A stretch of 64,000 nt of DNA. Source: Paecilomyces variotii (taxonomy: Eukaryota). Position 1 is the stretch's first letter. Every line of letters starts with the position of its first letter. A model generated the notes under the pieces. The model was given only the letters and a program-made list of their open reading frames with translations. It had not been told where the DNA came from and searched no databases. The translations under genes were made by a program, and so were the position numbers. The stretch lies in NCBI GenBank assembly GCA_004022145.1, contig RCNU01000002.1; one strand, written 5' to 3'. Shown one piece after another: positions 32,369 to 45,946 of this stretch.

Positions 32369-35363
32369 ATGCCAGTGAATTCCGGCTCCGATAGTCAGGG
32401 CCCTCCGGCCACTGGACGCCTATCGCCCGATGACCCTCTGCAAAGCGACAATGAAGATTCCGGCGCTGATCCTGTTTCAAATCACCAGAGGGACAACGAT
32501 CTCTTTGCGACTGACCCATTGGCGGAGGAGCCACAGCAGCCGTCAGTTCACGCTTGTCTCTATCAATCGCCTATTACTGACTGTTCTCATAGAATTACTT
32601 TCAAGCCACGACACAAGCGCCCTTCGCGTTTCAGTCTGTCCAATCTCTTCTCCTCAGACAGCACGCCTGGTTCTTTCTTGAGAAACGCTCGCTCAGGATC
32701 GCAGCAGCAGCCAGATGCGGAAAGATCAAATACATTTCCGACACGAAATCAAGAACCCGGACCCGGGGGCGTAGATGGGACCAAAGATGGTGGACCGCTG
32801 GATTGGTACGTTGAAGGACCAGGGCGAAGAGTAGGATACGATGATCTCACGGCGATCGACTGGATCTTCGAGTATACGAAGGAAAGACAGAGGAAAAGAC
32901 TTCTTTATTCCAGGGGACAAGGGTTCCTGGGACATCTACTGCGGTTGTTGGATGAGAGCCATATATGGCTGGTGTTGGTCGCGACAGGAATAGCGGTTGG
33001 TATCATCGCAGCAGCAATTGACATTGTCAGTGATTGGTTAGGGGACCTAAAAACAGGCTACTGCAAAGCGGGTTCAGGTGGTGGAAAGTTCTATCTTAAC
33101 AAAAGCTTCTGTTGCTGGGGTCATGAAGGTAGGCGATCTACCCACGATGTTCATATATCGGTTGAGAGCTAAGCGTCCTTTCCTGTGCAGATTTGTCCGA
33201 GTGTCAGGATTGGACACCTTGGAGGGATGCCTTCAAAATAAAATCTGTGGGAGGTGGATATGTCGTCGAGTACATTTTCTATGTCCTCTATTCCGTAAGA
33301 GCCGTCTTGTGTCGTCCTTGCTAGCTTTCACTAACTTGGACGTAAGGTTCTTTTCGCCTCGTGCGCAAGTATCTTGGTCAGGACATATGCCACATACGCG
33401 AAGCATAGTGGAATACCCGAGATCAAAACTGTTCTCGGCGGATTCGTCATTCAGGGCTTCATGGGAGGTTGGACTCTGCTCATAAAATCTTTGGGGCTGG
33501 TAAGAATGGCCATATAATTTGGAGAACTCTGTACATCCCTAACTCGGTTTCGACACAGTGCCTTTCTGTAGCATCCGGTTTGTGGCTAGGGAAGGAAGGT
33601 CCCCTCGTCCACGTTGCTTGCTGCTGTGCAAACCTGATAATGAAGCCCTTTGAGAGCCTCAACAGGAACGAAGGTACGTTACAAGCCCGGTAAACTCATG
33701 ACTGCCGCATAAACTGAACTATATATGCAGCAAGGAAACGCGAAGTATTATCAGCAGCGGCCGCTGCTGGGATTTCCGTCGCATTTGGAGCCCCTATCGG
33801 AGGCGTGCTCTTTAGCTTGGAGGTATGGATCAACTCAAAAAGCTTACCGTTTGATTTCTTCCGACATATAATAACCTCTTCCAGCAATTATCATATTACT
33901 TCCCAGACAAGACCATGTGGCAGAGCTTTGTCTGCGCTATGATTGCAGCGGTCACTTTGCAGGCACTGAACCCATTCCGCACTGGAAAGATTGTGCTATA
34001 TCAAGTTACTTATACCAGAGGATGGCACAGTTTCGAAATTATCCCATTCATTGCCCTTGGAATTTTGGGTGGCTTATATGGGGGGCTCTTAATCAAGCTT
34101 AATATGAAAATTGCCCGATGGCGAAAGTCGCGAGGGCTGTCACGTCCAATACTCGAGGTGGCATTAGTCGCCCTTGTCACTGCCATCATCAACTTTCCCG
34201 ATATATTCATGAGGGCACAGAGCTCCGAACTTGTTTTCTCTCTGTTTGCCGAGTGCACAACAGTCTCAAACGACCTCTTTGGTTTGTGCAGGACGGATAC
34301 CAGCTCCTCCGTCAAATTTATTTGTCTACTCCTCATTGCTGCGGTCTTAGGATTTTTCCTCGCGTCCATAACCTTCGGCTTGGAGATTCCTGCTGGTATA
34401 ATTCTCCCCTCTCTCGCTATCGGCGCGCTATATGGACGTGCTCTGGGAATAGCCGTCAAAATGTGGCAGACTGCGTATCCGAAATTCTTCTTATTCAGCA
34501 GCTGCGAGCCCGATGTCCAGTGTGTCACGCCAGGGATATATGCTATCATTGGCGCAGCGTCAGCCCTCGGTGGTGCGACCAGAATGACGGCGTCGATAGT
34601 TGTGATCATGTTTGAATTGACGGGTGCGTTAACATACGTAATCCCAATTATGGTGGCTGTCATGCTATCCAAGTGGTGCGGCGACACGTTCGGCAAACGG
34701 GGCATATATGAAGCATGGATCCAACTGAACGAATATCCGTTCCTCGATCATAAGGATGACAGACCTACCCCAGATGTTCCCGTTCGTAAGATCATGACAA
34801 GTGTCGATGATATCACAGCCATAACCGCCCTTGGACATACTATCGAATCCCTTCGGAACCTGCTTGCCACGACTCCATATCGCGGATACCCCGTAGTATC
34901 CGATGCGTCGAACCCTATCTTGCTCGGCTATATTTCGCGGACCGAGCTGTCATATGCCTTGAACTCATCCACATTATCTTCCAATCGAAATCTACCCCCG
35001 GAAACCCAGTGCTTCTTTGTCCACCAACCGTTTGCCGATCCGCTGGAAACTCTTGACCTTAGGCCATGGATGGATCAAACCCCAATGACGCTAAACAGCC
35101 ATACTAGTTTCCTAATCGTCCTCAATATGTTCCAGAGACTCGGCTTGCGTTATGTCCTATTCGTGGACCGGGGGATTCTCCAAGGCTTGCTGACCAAGAA
35201 GGACGTTTGGTTTGTCCTCAACGGGGTTGAGACTCGTCAAGAAAAAGGACTAGGAGATGGTGACTTCAGAGAAGCCGAGGCGGGAGAAGAGGAGGGCCTG
35301 TTAGCAGCCAGCGACGATGGCAACAGTGTTGTCAGCGCCTTAGAGAGACGTCAGTTTCTGTAG
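32369..35363 (+). CDS. CLC-family chloride channel/transporter with C-terminal CBS pair
   Basis: Motifs [50 protein letters not shown]. Introns 32542-32592, 33129-33190, 33295-33346, 33500-33558, 33674-33730, 33823-33884. Confidence 0.95.
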
Positions 35364-35691
35364 ATCTCGTGTTTGCAGATCGTTGGCGCAATTTCTGGTA
35401 TATTTTTCTTTTTAGCGATCATGTTTGGCTTATGAGCTCCTTTGTGATGAAATGACATTCTACGTCAGCATAAGACATGCTGTCTAGATCTTCTGTGATA
35501 CCACAAAATACTAAAGTGTTTTTGCTATGATTTGGGGTATTCTCTATCCATCGGTAACGTAGCCGACAGTCAAATATAAAATCTCGTGATGACTTCTCGG
35601 TAAGTAACGAACATTATTCGTCCCTAAAAGTGAGGGGTTTTTATGAAATCATAGCAATGAGATCTATGACCTTTATATGGTACCCGTCGCT

Positions 35692-36719
35692 CTAGAATCG
35701 AGTGCCATTAACATTCTTAACACCTTGTCCGAGCTGGCTAGCAACAACAGTTGCTTCTCGGATTGAGCGAGCATAGCTGCCTCTTACAGCGTTCTCCTCC
35801 AGGACGAGCAGTCCACCGATAGTGCATCCACCTGGGGAAGAGACCTTCTCCTTGAGAATAGCTGGGTGTTCTCCGTTCAAGACCAAACCAGCAGTTCCCT
35901 TCATGACCTGAGCGGCCATAAGCTGGGCCTCTGCACGAGGGATGCCCATTGCCACAGCGCCGTCAGCGATGCCTTCAAGAGCCAGTGCCAATAAAGCCGG
36001 CGACGATCCTGCCAACGCAGTGCATGCATCCATGTTAGACGGTGGTAGCTGCACCACGCGACCAATCCGTGTGAAGATCCAAGTCACCAGTTTATTCAGA
36101 TCGTCTGGGAGAGGCGGGTTCTGAATTCCAATGACGGTCATCGATTCCCGGACAAAGGCAGCAGTGTTAGGCATAGCGCGAACAACTCTGCATCTATTCT
36201 CTGCCGGAATCGAGTCATCTGGGTAGAGCACATCCTCGATCTGCTTCTCGGGAACACCAGCCAGGATACTGATAAGCAGCTTGCCCTTGAGGGCTTCCCG
36301 CATGCCTGGGACGTCCAGGATGTCCTTGACCATGTACGGCTTGCAGCCCAGGATAATGACATCTCCCTCCTTCACACCGGTGACGTTGTCATTCTGCAGG
36401 ATCTTCACTGGGAAGTCAGGGTATGCGCTGACCGCATCTTGTACACGCTTCGCGGATCGCCGAACACAGGCGATAAACTTCGTAGGTGTCTGAGACGGCA
36501 AGTCCTCGGAGGACGACTGGGCTTGGTTGGGGTTCTTTTTGGCTTCAGTAACTGCTGCCAGAACACCGCCTAAAATTGCGATACCGAGATTACCTAGACA
36601 GCAAGTTTCAGTAACGTCGACCTCGGCATTCTAAAGATAGTGCGTTACCTACCGCATCCCAGAAAGGTCAGAGTCATCTCCGAGTTTCCGGAGCCATTGC
36701 TAGTTGTGGAGGTCGACAT
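35692..36719 (-). CDS. PRO3: Pyrroline-5-carboxylate reductase
   Basis: Exons 36719-36653 and 36593-35692 give FLGCGNLGIAIL (Rossmann fold). Also VRAMPNTAA, TALAGSSPA and VSSPGGCTIGGL. Confidence 0.94.
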
Positions 36720-37032
36720 GGTGCCCAGGAAATTTACAATGGGCTATCGAACTTGCAATCTCAAATGACAGAACTGAGTGAAACGTGCTATGGACAAGCG
36801 AAGGACGGCTCTCATCTACTTTTTGAGTCCCTCCTTGTATATAGCCGATAGCGCTGTCGCTCCGATAGCGGTAAGTCTTAATCCCACCTTTTCTGCCAGC
36901 AAAAAGCTCTCACCGCCTTATGGGCGAGCCAATGGTCTCGACGGCATTGTTCGCCTTCGCAGACGATAACTACGATTCATTTCAGTCTTCCGTCTCCTCT
37001 ACTCATTGCCTCATCGATATCCCATCATCAAA
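36720..37032. promoter_or_regulatory. Compact bidirectional promoter between PRO3 and CTK3
   Basis: 313 bp between divergent ATGs, with tandem CCGATAGCG repeats near 36845-36870. Confidence 0.6.
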
Positions 37033-37802
37033 ATGGCTGATCCATTCGAGGTCCGAATGCGTTTTACGACGCAGCTGCAGCATCTTAGCGCATCAGTCAC
37101 TTCGTCCCAGAAGGCTGCCCATTATGCGCTCAAGTACCGTGACATGGACGAAGATCTCCATTCATGCATCCTGGAACAGCTTGAAAGGGTACGGAAATAT
37201 CATATTCTATGTAATCTTCTTTACTGACAAGATGACAGAATAACATGAACAACCGAGCAAACATCATGTATTTCATCGAGCAGCTTTGCGACATGGCCAC
37301 AAAGGAAAACCACCTCGACTACGTCCGGATGATACAGAGGGATATTCTCCGTGTAGTGGATGCCGTTGTACCAGCGGATGGATCAGGTGCGGCGAATGTG
37401 AAGCATGTCCGTCGGGTACTCCAGGGTCTACAGAGCAAATCTGTCCTTTCCGCAGAGACTGTGACAGAAATCGACGGCAGCCTCAAGGAGCGGGAAACGC
37501 ATCCCGCACACCTTGACCTCGAACCAGTCGAAGGGGCAGAACCGGGAAGCAAATCAAGAGGGACGCCTCGAGGGTCCAAGACCAACGGCACACTCCGTGT
37601 CGATAAGCGCCAAATCGAACAGCGGATCGAAGAGGATAGAGAACGGAATAAGCGTCTGAGGGAGAACATGTGGGCAGTGAGCGGGGATGATGGAGAAGAG
37701 AATGGGAAGTTCTGGGATGACGCGAGTGATACGGGCGAAGATGACTTCCTGGGTGCTGAGGAAGAACTCGTCGAGAGGAGGCAAATGGTGGCTGCACAAT
37801 GA
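37033..37802 (+). CDS. CTK3: CTD kinase I gamma subunit
   Basis: MADPFEVRMRFTTQLQHLSASVTSSQKAAHYALKY. Intron 37189-37238. NRANIMYFIE and IEQRIEEDRERNKRLRENMW. Confidence 0.9.
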
Positions 37803-38463
37803 GACGATCTTAATTCGTCCTCTCATCTACCTTCGGTTTCTTTTATTTGGTTATCCCGTGTCGCTATACATTTGGATGGAGCATACTACGGAGTTTATGG
37901 CTGAGATACGTACTGGATTCGTGTCTCGCTGGTCGGTGTTTTGTGGAGTTGGGTGATTGTCGTGATACCATGAATCATACATCTTACAGTTCTTTACGTT
38001 ATCTGTTACCTCACGATCAACTAAGAACCACTTTTGAAGATAGTTTTTTTTTGTGACTAAATCGATCTCATATCTGGTTGGTTAATTGACAGTGTTTAAC
38101 TGTCTATTTTGCGGGGCTCAACTCCATGTAAAACACCATCTCATACTAAATCTGCATATAGATCAAATCGAAAGACAATGCAACTATATAATTATCCAGA
38201 TTGCCCTCAGAACAGAAAACATTTACCTAGATGAGTGATAAATTACCATACTCATCCAATTAGGGTTTCCGCCCATCGGCGAAACGTACTCCCGGGCGGG
38301 CGGTCGAGAAAAAAAAAAAAACCAGGCGGAAATCCTACGAATTGGCGGTCTCCGCTCCGCAGAATCATTATTATAGGCCGCAACAACATTTCTCCATATT
38401 ATTCACGCCTTGGCCAAGTTTTGGGGCTGGTGGGGACTTTCTTTGCTTTCAGTTTTGCTCCTT

Positions 38464-39621
38464 ATGTTCTCGCAGTTCGTCACAGCGGCCAAGGGTCTGT
38501 TTGCAAAGAAGGATTCCGAAGAGGAAATTCCCCAAGACGCAGACTACACCTCTGACCCCGCCGCTATCTTACAAGAACGTTCCAACAACACAACTTCAAA
38601 GACAGCTACGATGGTGGTGACTACGAGGAGTACGCGCACTGCGCCCGTGGAGAAGGAGGCTTCCCCGGAAGTTAATGGATCTAAGGTGGGAAATGCGAAG
38701 CGCAAGGCAGATTCTGCTAGCTCTGCGAAGACGAATGGTGAATCCAGCAAGCGAAGAAAGAGAGTCTCGGACGTTGAACAGGTCAATGGTGACAAAGAGA
38801 AGTCCGCGTCTGAAGATACGGTGGCCGCAGTAGAGAAGCCGAAGCATTTCCGTTTTGGAAGCGAGGAGCCTGCTCCTGCTGTTGATGAGTTGGTGGAGGA
38901 AGTACCGGAGACGCAGCAGAATGGTGCTCAATCCTCAGAAGATAGCGACGATGATGAGGCACCGGAGGCCTTTGACAACTCTGCACAGCTTTTGCGAATG
39001 AAGGAACAAGCTCAAAAGCAGGAACGAGCAAGACAAAAGTAGGAACCGGCCCTCTATCACTCGCACGAAATTTTAAGTCGGTAAACTAACTGCACACCTA
39101 GGGCCGAGCTACTGAAGAAGGAGAAGAGGAGACAACTGGACGAGCTACATAAAACCCAAGCCAAGACAGCAAGCAAAAAGAAGGATATTGTCAATGGTTC
39201 CCGAAAGGCAGATTATCAGGATGATGTCTCTGAAAGTACAGCTACTCTCCAAGGATCTGTCATCCAGGACAGCCGACGACCAGCCCTCCCAGCACTCCTT
39301 CCAGACGAGATCCTCAATGCTGCTCCTGATGTCCGACCTCCCACACCACCTCCAGAGGATGCAGTGCCCGAGCACAAGAAGCCAAACAAATTACGGTTCC
39401 TTGATAAGGTTGAGAAAGCACCCAAGGATATTAAGCGCGGTGGTACGACTGTGAGAGTGTTGGATGGAAGGAAATCCACGGCTGTTCTACCACCGAAGGT
39501 GTCGAAGGCTGGTCGGAACGTAAGAGAGGGCTGGTTGACAGGCAAGCGTGCCAGTGTCGCCCAGATCAATGGTCTGAGGCGAACAACTGGGGGAACGTCT
39601 GGCTTTGTACGCAGCCGCTGA
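38464..39621 (+). CDS. U3 snoRNA-associated protein, Bud21/Utp16-like
   Basis: KHFRFGSEE, SEDSDDDEAPEAFD, ALLPDEILNA and Lys/Arg-rich C-terminus. Intron 39039-39101 restores the frame to stop 39621. Alternative start at 38611. Confidence 0.75.
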
Positions 39622-40354
39622 AGCAGTGACAAAAAAAAAAGAGAGAAGCTCCTTATCATCAATCTTCCATGCTGGTCCTCCAAGGCTAAGACGACACTCA
39701 GCAAAGGCCAAAGCAGAAGGGGCGTTGGAAGAACAGAACGCGGTGACATAGTGTACACAATGGTACCGGCTGCTGCCGTACTACTGGAGAATCCTTGATG
39801 CGCCTGGATTTATGGCTCCATGGCGCTCTTGAAGACTCGGATTCTGGTTCACACTAACACCATCGATACATTTTTGAGATACCAGATGCGACGTTATGTT
39901 ATCTAATCCGCGAGTGCGTCATTTTCTTCGGTCTATCCAAGGCGTTTGGGGAATTAGCGGTGTGTTTCACTTTGACAGGTAGAGTTATCATTTTTCATCG
40001 GTGAAATTGTACTGGATCTGTCTTGAGAAGATGTCCAGAAAACGGAGTCTGCTGCATTGCGGCCATTTAAAGCGAGAGCCTATAATTGAATTTTTGTACC
40101 ACCGTAAGCTTCTAGAAAGAGACTTCGCATGTTCCCAGTTCCCAGTCATGATTAGTTCATGGGCCCGGAAAGGGAAAACCAGCGTAGCGGGACCGGCGCA
40201 CGTGCGAAGGATCAGAGCTCCGAGCGATCAGCGCGATCTGGCATGCTTCTCTTCGCTTCGCCCAGCTGTATATTCTTTCCTCAGCCTCAATTGAGGGGCG
40301 ATTGGCCCGTTATCATACATCTTTTCAGTTGAGTATCTCGATGTGACATCCGCC

Positions 40355-41973
40355 ATGGCGGCCACCGAATCCTCTCCTTTGCTCCCTCAGTATCAGCGAT
40401 CCAGCAGCTCAAATACGTCACCGCGTGCCGACCGCCCTGCCAGGACGGTAACATTCAATCCTCTCACCACAATCAGCACATATGGAGGAGCATCATCGCC
40501 TGCGGATCCTACTGTGAGGCCTCTGCAGACTGGCTCTCCCCCGGTTCGCAATGTTCCTTCCAGTCAGCCGATGCTGTCAACGTTGAACAGCAAGCTTCGT
40601 CGTCGAAATAGCCATGGAGCTCCCTACAATACTCTGACTCCTACAGCGCCAGCATCCAAGATCGGCCCTCAGAGAACGACCAAAAATGCTCAGAAGCTAA
40701 AGTTGCTCCCGGACCCGGTCAGGGAAGGTGAAGATCAAATCGACGAAGACATACCGCGAGACGTCTATACGCAAATCACTCGAATCAAAGAACCAGCTGC
40801 CAGAAGCCACGCTGCGCGACTAGGCAAGGCAGATAGGGAAAGATTGCCCCGTGTGACGGCATATTGTACAGCGAGTGCCTACCGTTTGGAGGGTGTCATC
40901 AGGTTTCTCAAGTCCAGAGCAAAGGCAAGAGGGTCCAACCCCAAGCTTTTCGACGAATGCGTTTATTCGCCCTATGACTATGACTACGAGAAGAAGCAGA
41001 GTCAAACGCAGTCGCAAGGAGATCCACAGGGAGAGGTTGTGCGGCAGAATGAGCGGAGATATTCGGACAGTGCGGTTGAGGTTGAGGGTAATACCAGGAG
41101 CAGACGAGAAGATCTGATTGATCTCCGCGAGGAGGCTGCAGAACAGGCGGTCAATGGGAGTCGCTCTGAAGAAGCCATATCGCGGGAGACGGCATCGGAT
41201 CTAGACACCACGATCCACACTCCAGAAGTCTTTCTCTTCGATTACGGTACGGTTGTGATCTGGGGTATGACACCGGCCCAGGAATCGCGGTTTTTAACAG
41301 ACGTGTCAAAATTTGCCAATTCGATCTTGAGCCCGGAAGATACGCAAGTCGAGAATTTCAACTTCTACTATGCCCGCGATTACCAAGCGCGGATATACAA
41401 TGACTTCATCTCGTTACGTGAACCGCGCAATTACATGATCAAGTTGGCTATCTCTCATGCCCTATCTCAGTCTGTGAAGACGTCGCTTTTCGAGGACTTG
41501 GTATCAGAAACAATTTCAACCACCGCGCCATTGCCTGCTCAGATCGCTGAGACAGGTAGCGTCAACTTGACCCGGCGACAGATCAATATGCAGATTGGAG
41601 AGCTGTTCATCCTGCGCATCAATATCCATCTGCAAGGCTCCGTACTCGACAGCCCTGAGCTCATGTGGGCAGAACCACAGCTAGAGCCAGTGTATCAAGC
41701 GGTCCGGAGTTACCTAGAAATGGACCAGAGAGTGAGTCTGTTGACGGAACGGTTGGACGTCATTGCGGATCTACTAGCGGTGCTGAAAGATCAGCTGAGC
41801 CACCGACATGGAGAGTATCTCGAGTGGATAGGTAGGTCTTTTTGCTATTCTTTACCATGGAAAATACTAGGGCCCTTTTACTGACTCAGTGTTTAGTTAT
41901 CGTCTTGATTGCTGCAGAAATCCTTGTCGCAGCGATCAACATTGTTGTGGATCTGTATGCTGGGGTCGACTAA
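40355..41973 (+). CDS. RMD1: RMD1/Sif2 family protein (DUF155)
   Basis: LPRVTAYCTASAY, EVFLFDYGTVVIWG, KLAISHALSQSVK, VLDSPELMW. Intron 41832-41896 gives LEWIVIVLIAAEILV (C-terminal TM). Confidence 0.9.
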
Positions 41974-43089
41974 GTAAATTAGGCCTTCAACCTGTGCACA
42001 TCATTATGACCATCATTATCACTATGTCATGTCATCTCCCCGTGTTATCCTCTCATTGTTCTTCTCTCCACGCTGCACTGCATTTGTCTCTGAATTCATC
42101 ACCCTCCGGCGCCAGGCGTTCGGGTCCGTCAACCTGTATCAAGACTTCGATCCCTGTACATTCGTTGAATATTGCATCCTGCGCATTCTCGTTATTGTCA
42201 TTCGACATCAGCACCAAGATTATCATAGTTGTCATCTTCGCATCTAGCACTCTCGCAGGCCGAAAAGACCAATTTGCATTATTGTTCTGCCAATGAGATG
42301 ACGAGTCGAACCTACTTTCAAGTTTACACCCTCCAACCAACCATGCGCCATGTGCATCATACCGCCCGTCAGAAAATTTGAACAGGAAGTAAAAGCGGAG
42401 TAGATGGGAACCAAAAGAAAATGTTAATATAATCTATCATCTCCGTTATTTTCAATGTTTCATGATCATACTCAGTATTGTAAAAGGCCTTCCTCGGAAA
42501 TATATAAAACTTGAAAAAAACGAACCACATCCTATACAACTTACGACTAATCGACCTACGCATGCATTATTCTCCCTAATATCTTATATTCGATTGATAC
42601 CTCATGCAAAAGAGTAAATAGAGAAAAAGAAAAAAAAGTAACATGACAAAAAGTCATGCTCGTTGATACGTTTATGTCTAAACCCCCGGTCTCCCTCATA
42701 GTTCTAGTTCCGTCTACCCACTAGATAGTTACTCAACCAATCTACACTAGACTCCAGATATACTCTTATCAAGAGACAATTAATTCCGAATATTTCAAAG
42801 AAATAGATGTATAACTTTTTTCGTTTTATATTTGCTCCCCTTTCCTTTCACTAGCTTTCAAGTCTTTTCTCAACAAGACAAACAATGTGATATAGCTCCA
42901 TTTCCATTGCTATAATAGTAGGAAGAAAGAAAAAATGCCGATAGAGAAAAAATTCTCGAGGGAAAAAGAAAAATACAAAAAAATAGAAATTATTCTTGAT
43001 TTACCACCTCCCGCGCCAGGATAAAGAGATAAAACAAAAAAGAAAGGCAAACAGAAAACGGTAAGAAATACAAGGCAAATTTTTTTCAT

Positions 43090-43982
43090 CTAGCCTTCAT
43101 TCGGTTCTTCCTTCGTATCCACGTCCATAGCTACCGAAGACCCAGGATGGGGTGGTGGTGCTGTGTTCGCAGAATCTGCTGGTGCAGGGGTCGTCTCCGT
43201 TCCATTACTCGTGTTATTATCATTATGGGCAGCAGCTTGGATAGCAGAACCGTTACTGCCAGTGCGTACGCGGAATGAAGACGTCAGTTCCTCCTGAGAA
43301 GGGGCGGGCGCGAGAGCAGGAAGGGAAGAATCGGCCGTTCCTGAAGCGGCGCCGGATGCCAATTCTGTATTGATGTTGTTATTATTGTGTGTTGTAGGCT
43401 CATCGCCTTCGGCATCGAGGCCGGTGGCATTGGACTTTCGCGAGCGTTTGATTCGCAGCGGCCGTTCTTGAGGCTAGTCTCAGGCGTTAGAAACGTAGCT
43501 TGGTAAAGGCTTTTATTTTTATATAGACACGAGATCAACACAGAGACGATAAGGAAATAAAAAAAAAACTTGAGAGAAATGCTCACCGTCGGGGGCTGTT
43601 CGTCTGAACTTCCTTCCGTCTCATCTTCTATATACCCACTGGCCGTTCCGTTCTCACCTCCTCCGGCGATATTCGACACTGCGCCATTCAGAGCTGCTGC
43701 GTTCGACATCAATGCGGCCGCGCGAGCGCGGAGCTCCGGGCTGACTCCTGCGTGGGCTTCGTCTTGCATGCCGGTGACCTTGGCCAGGCGCTCAAGCAGG
43801 ATGCAGGACTCGAGGCGCATTTTCTGGACGTACTTCAGACCGCGCTGGTTGCGGATGCGCATCAGTTCATTTTCGGCTTCGATCTCGTTCAGGCGCTTCT
43901 TGAGCGCGATGCATTTGCGCTTGTACGCAGCTTCGACGCTGGGAGGGTTCGGCGGCGGAACGCCGGTCGTGCTGGATTCCAT
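43090..43982 (-). CDS. Putative INO80-complex subunit (INO80F/Nhp10 N-terminal-like coiled coil, no HMG box seen)
   Basis: PPSVEAAYKRKCIALKKRLNEIEAEN...KMRLESCILLERL. Intron 43474-43586 joins to PQERPLRIKRSRK. The gene is solid; the family label is less certain. Confidence 0.7.
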
Positions 43983-44736
43983 GGCGGCCAGGTTGAAGGT
44001 TGAGGGGGTGAGTCGAGGTAGATGTGTGATAGTCGAGAAGATAGGAAAACGGGAGGGGAAGATCGAGTTGCCCTGATATGGAAAGATTGGGTATAGTGAA
44101 GTGTTATTGCGCTTCGAATCCTCGAGTCTGCGGAAGGACAACGCTCTCCGGAGGACAGATCGAGTTGCACATGCAGGTGGAACAAAGGGCGAGATTTAGG
44201 TCAAGTAGTAGATGCGATGGTCTGTTCTGCCCGTGGACTGATCGAGGACTGAAGTTGTAGAGACGAGGTTTGCAGTGAAGGTGGGTGGAAAATTGCGGCC
44301 CCCCTGCGAAGAAGCCGAGAGCTTACCAGGTGAGCAGTGAAGCCTCGACGCGAGATCTCCAGCTTGCGAACCCGTTCTGCCGGGTGGTTGCGGCCTGGAG
44401 CCAGGGCGGTGAGTCTGTTCTCTACGAGTCAAATATCATTATCGACGTTTGTTTCCTCTTTCTCTTTTACCATGTAAATCTCTTACTTTTCATCTGAATC
44501 TTTTTTCATCAAATAATTCTCGATAGTTATTCTAATCAATGACTCTTGGTCTCCATGCACCGCAAAAAAGACAAGCACCATTGGGCCGCTGAAGACAACC
44601 AAGGAACAGGAATGGTAACTATGAGCAAGATTGTCTACCAAACAGGAGCTAAAAAGACCAGAACATAATGCATGCTATCAAAAATTCCTCCTCATCATGA
44701 ATGATCTCGTGGGTTCCAATGACATCGATCTTGTCT

Positions 44737-45946
44737 CTAGTGACCTCCGGTAGTAGGAAGCCCCAGGAACACCTTGAAGGAGTCATAACTGCAAGGAATT
44801 AGCACTACTATCCGCAGTCCTAACGGAGTAGATTGGACTTACATCAACCACTGGAAGCCGGTCAGAGTTCCCAGCATAACAATACGGACGGGCAGACCGT
44901 TCCACAGCCCAGCAAAGCCGATCTTGCTGTAGATCCTCGACACGGCGGTACCGGCGGATTCGCCAGCTGAGAGATGATCGTTAGCAACTCTTTTTCTCTC
45001 TCTCCATTTCGCATACATAAATTGATTCATGAGAGAGGACTTACGTTGGCGGTCCGCGTTCAGCTTGCTGACCATCACATCGGCAGGATGACTGACAATG
45101 GCGCACAGGATACCAGCAATGTAACCGCCCAGGAAGCTGACACCGGTCTGCTGCACCGTGCTGTAGCTCTCCTTCGGCTTACCCAGAAACTTGTAGATCT
45201 GCTTGACGGTCTCTTCGAAACTGGCGAACTTGGTCATCGTGTAGGGGATCTGGCGACCCCAGAGCGGGTACAGCCCCTTGTACAGACCGGAGACGCCCTC
45301 CTTGGCCACGATCTTGCTCCATCCCTCGCGCAGACTATGCGCATACGGTGGCAGTGTCGTCTGCATACGGACCTTGATCGCCTCCCAGGGACAAAGCGCC
45401 AAATCCGCCAGAAACTCGGCCGAGGCACTGGCGCCCAGGTAGACCAGAGTGCGGTTCGAGTTGGGGAACAGCTTGTCGCCGTACCAGTACTTGAAAACCT
45501 CGTAGAAGCCATACTTGCCAGCACCCTGGAAGGAGTAGCCGACGAAAGTTGGGCTCCATCCAAAGAAAACGCCTCGGAGGCCATCTCCCGCGAAGATCTT
45601 GCGCCATGCGCTCAAATTGGACTTGTAGATGTTAGGGTCGACTTGACGACGGCATTTGACCAGATCAAGAGGCGTGACGGCGGTATGAGTCGGGCCTGCG
45701 TGGTCAGCAGGGCGCTCTCTCAAATTTGAAACAAATAGCGACTTTATTATCGTAACTTACCACAAGCTATTCAATACCGATAAAAAACAAACACGGAACC
45801 ATTAGCCAATTGTTCGCATCATCGATAATAATAATAATCCCTCACAACATACCAATAATTCCTCCCAACGCACAGCTGAGGAAATACTTGCTCGAGTACG
45901 GCTCGATCTTCCCGAGGGGAGGCTTGCGGTCCAATGCTGTAGCCAT
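44737..45946 (-). CDS. PIC2: Mitochondrial phosphate (/copper) carrier, Pic2/Mir1 family
   Basis: Exons 45946-45853, 45766-45761, 45695-45045, 44966-44843, 44788-44737. Motifs [70 protein letters not shown]. Confidence 0.93.

Noticed and set aside
35440..35600. GTGATGA box-C-like words between the CLC gene and PRO3
   Set aside because: No convincing box D, terminal stem or rRNA guide sequence.
38410..38463. Signal-peptide-like TTG-initiated extension of the Bud21-like gene
   Set aside because: Hydrophobicity is explained by a T-rich 5' UTR.
42350..43089. Very AT-rich, poly-A-tract region
   Set aside because: Consistent with the U-rich 3' UTR/terminator zone of the convergent RMD1 and INO80F-like genes.
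44105..44130. TTCGAATCC resembling a tRNA T-loop
   Set aside because: No cloverleaf, acceptor stem or A-box around it.
44974..45729. 251-aa antisense ORF over the phosphate carrier
   Set aside because: Shadow frame of a gene with high GC at third codon positions. No recognisable motifs.
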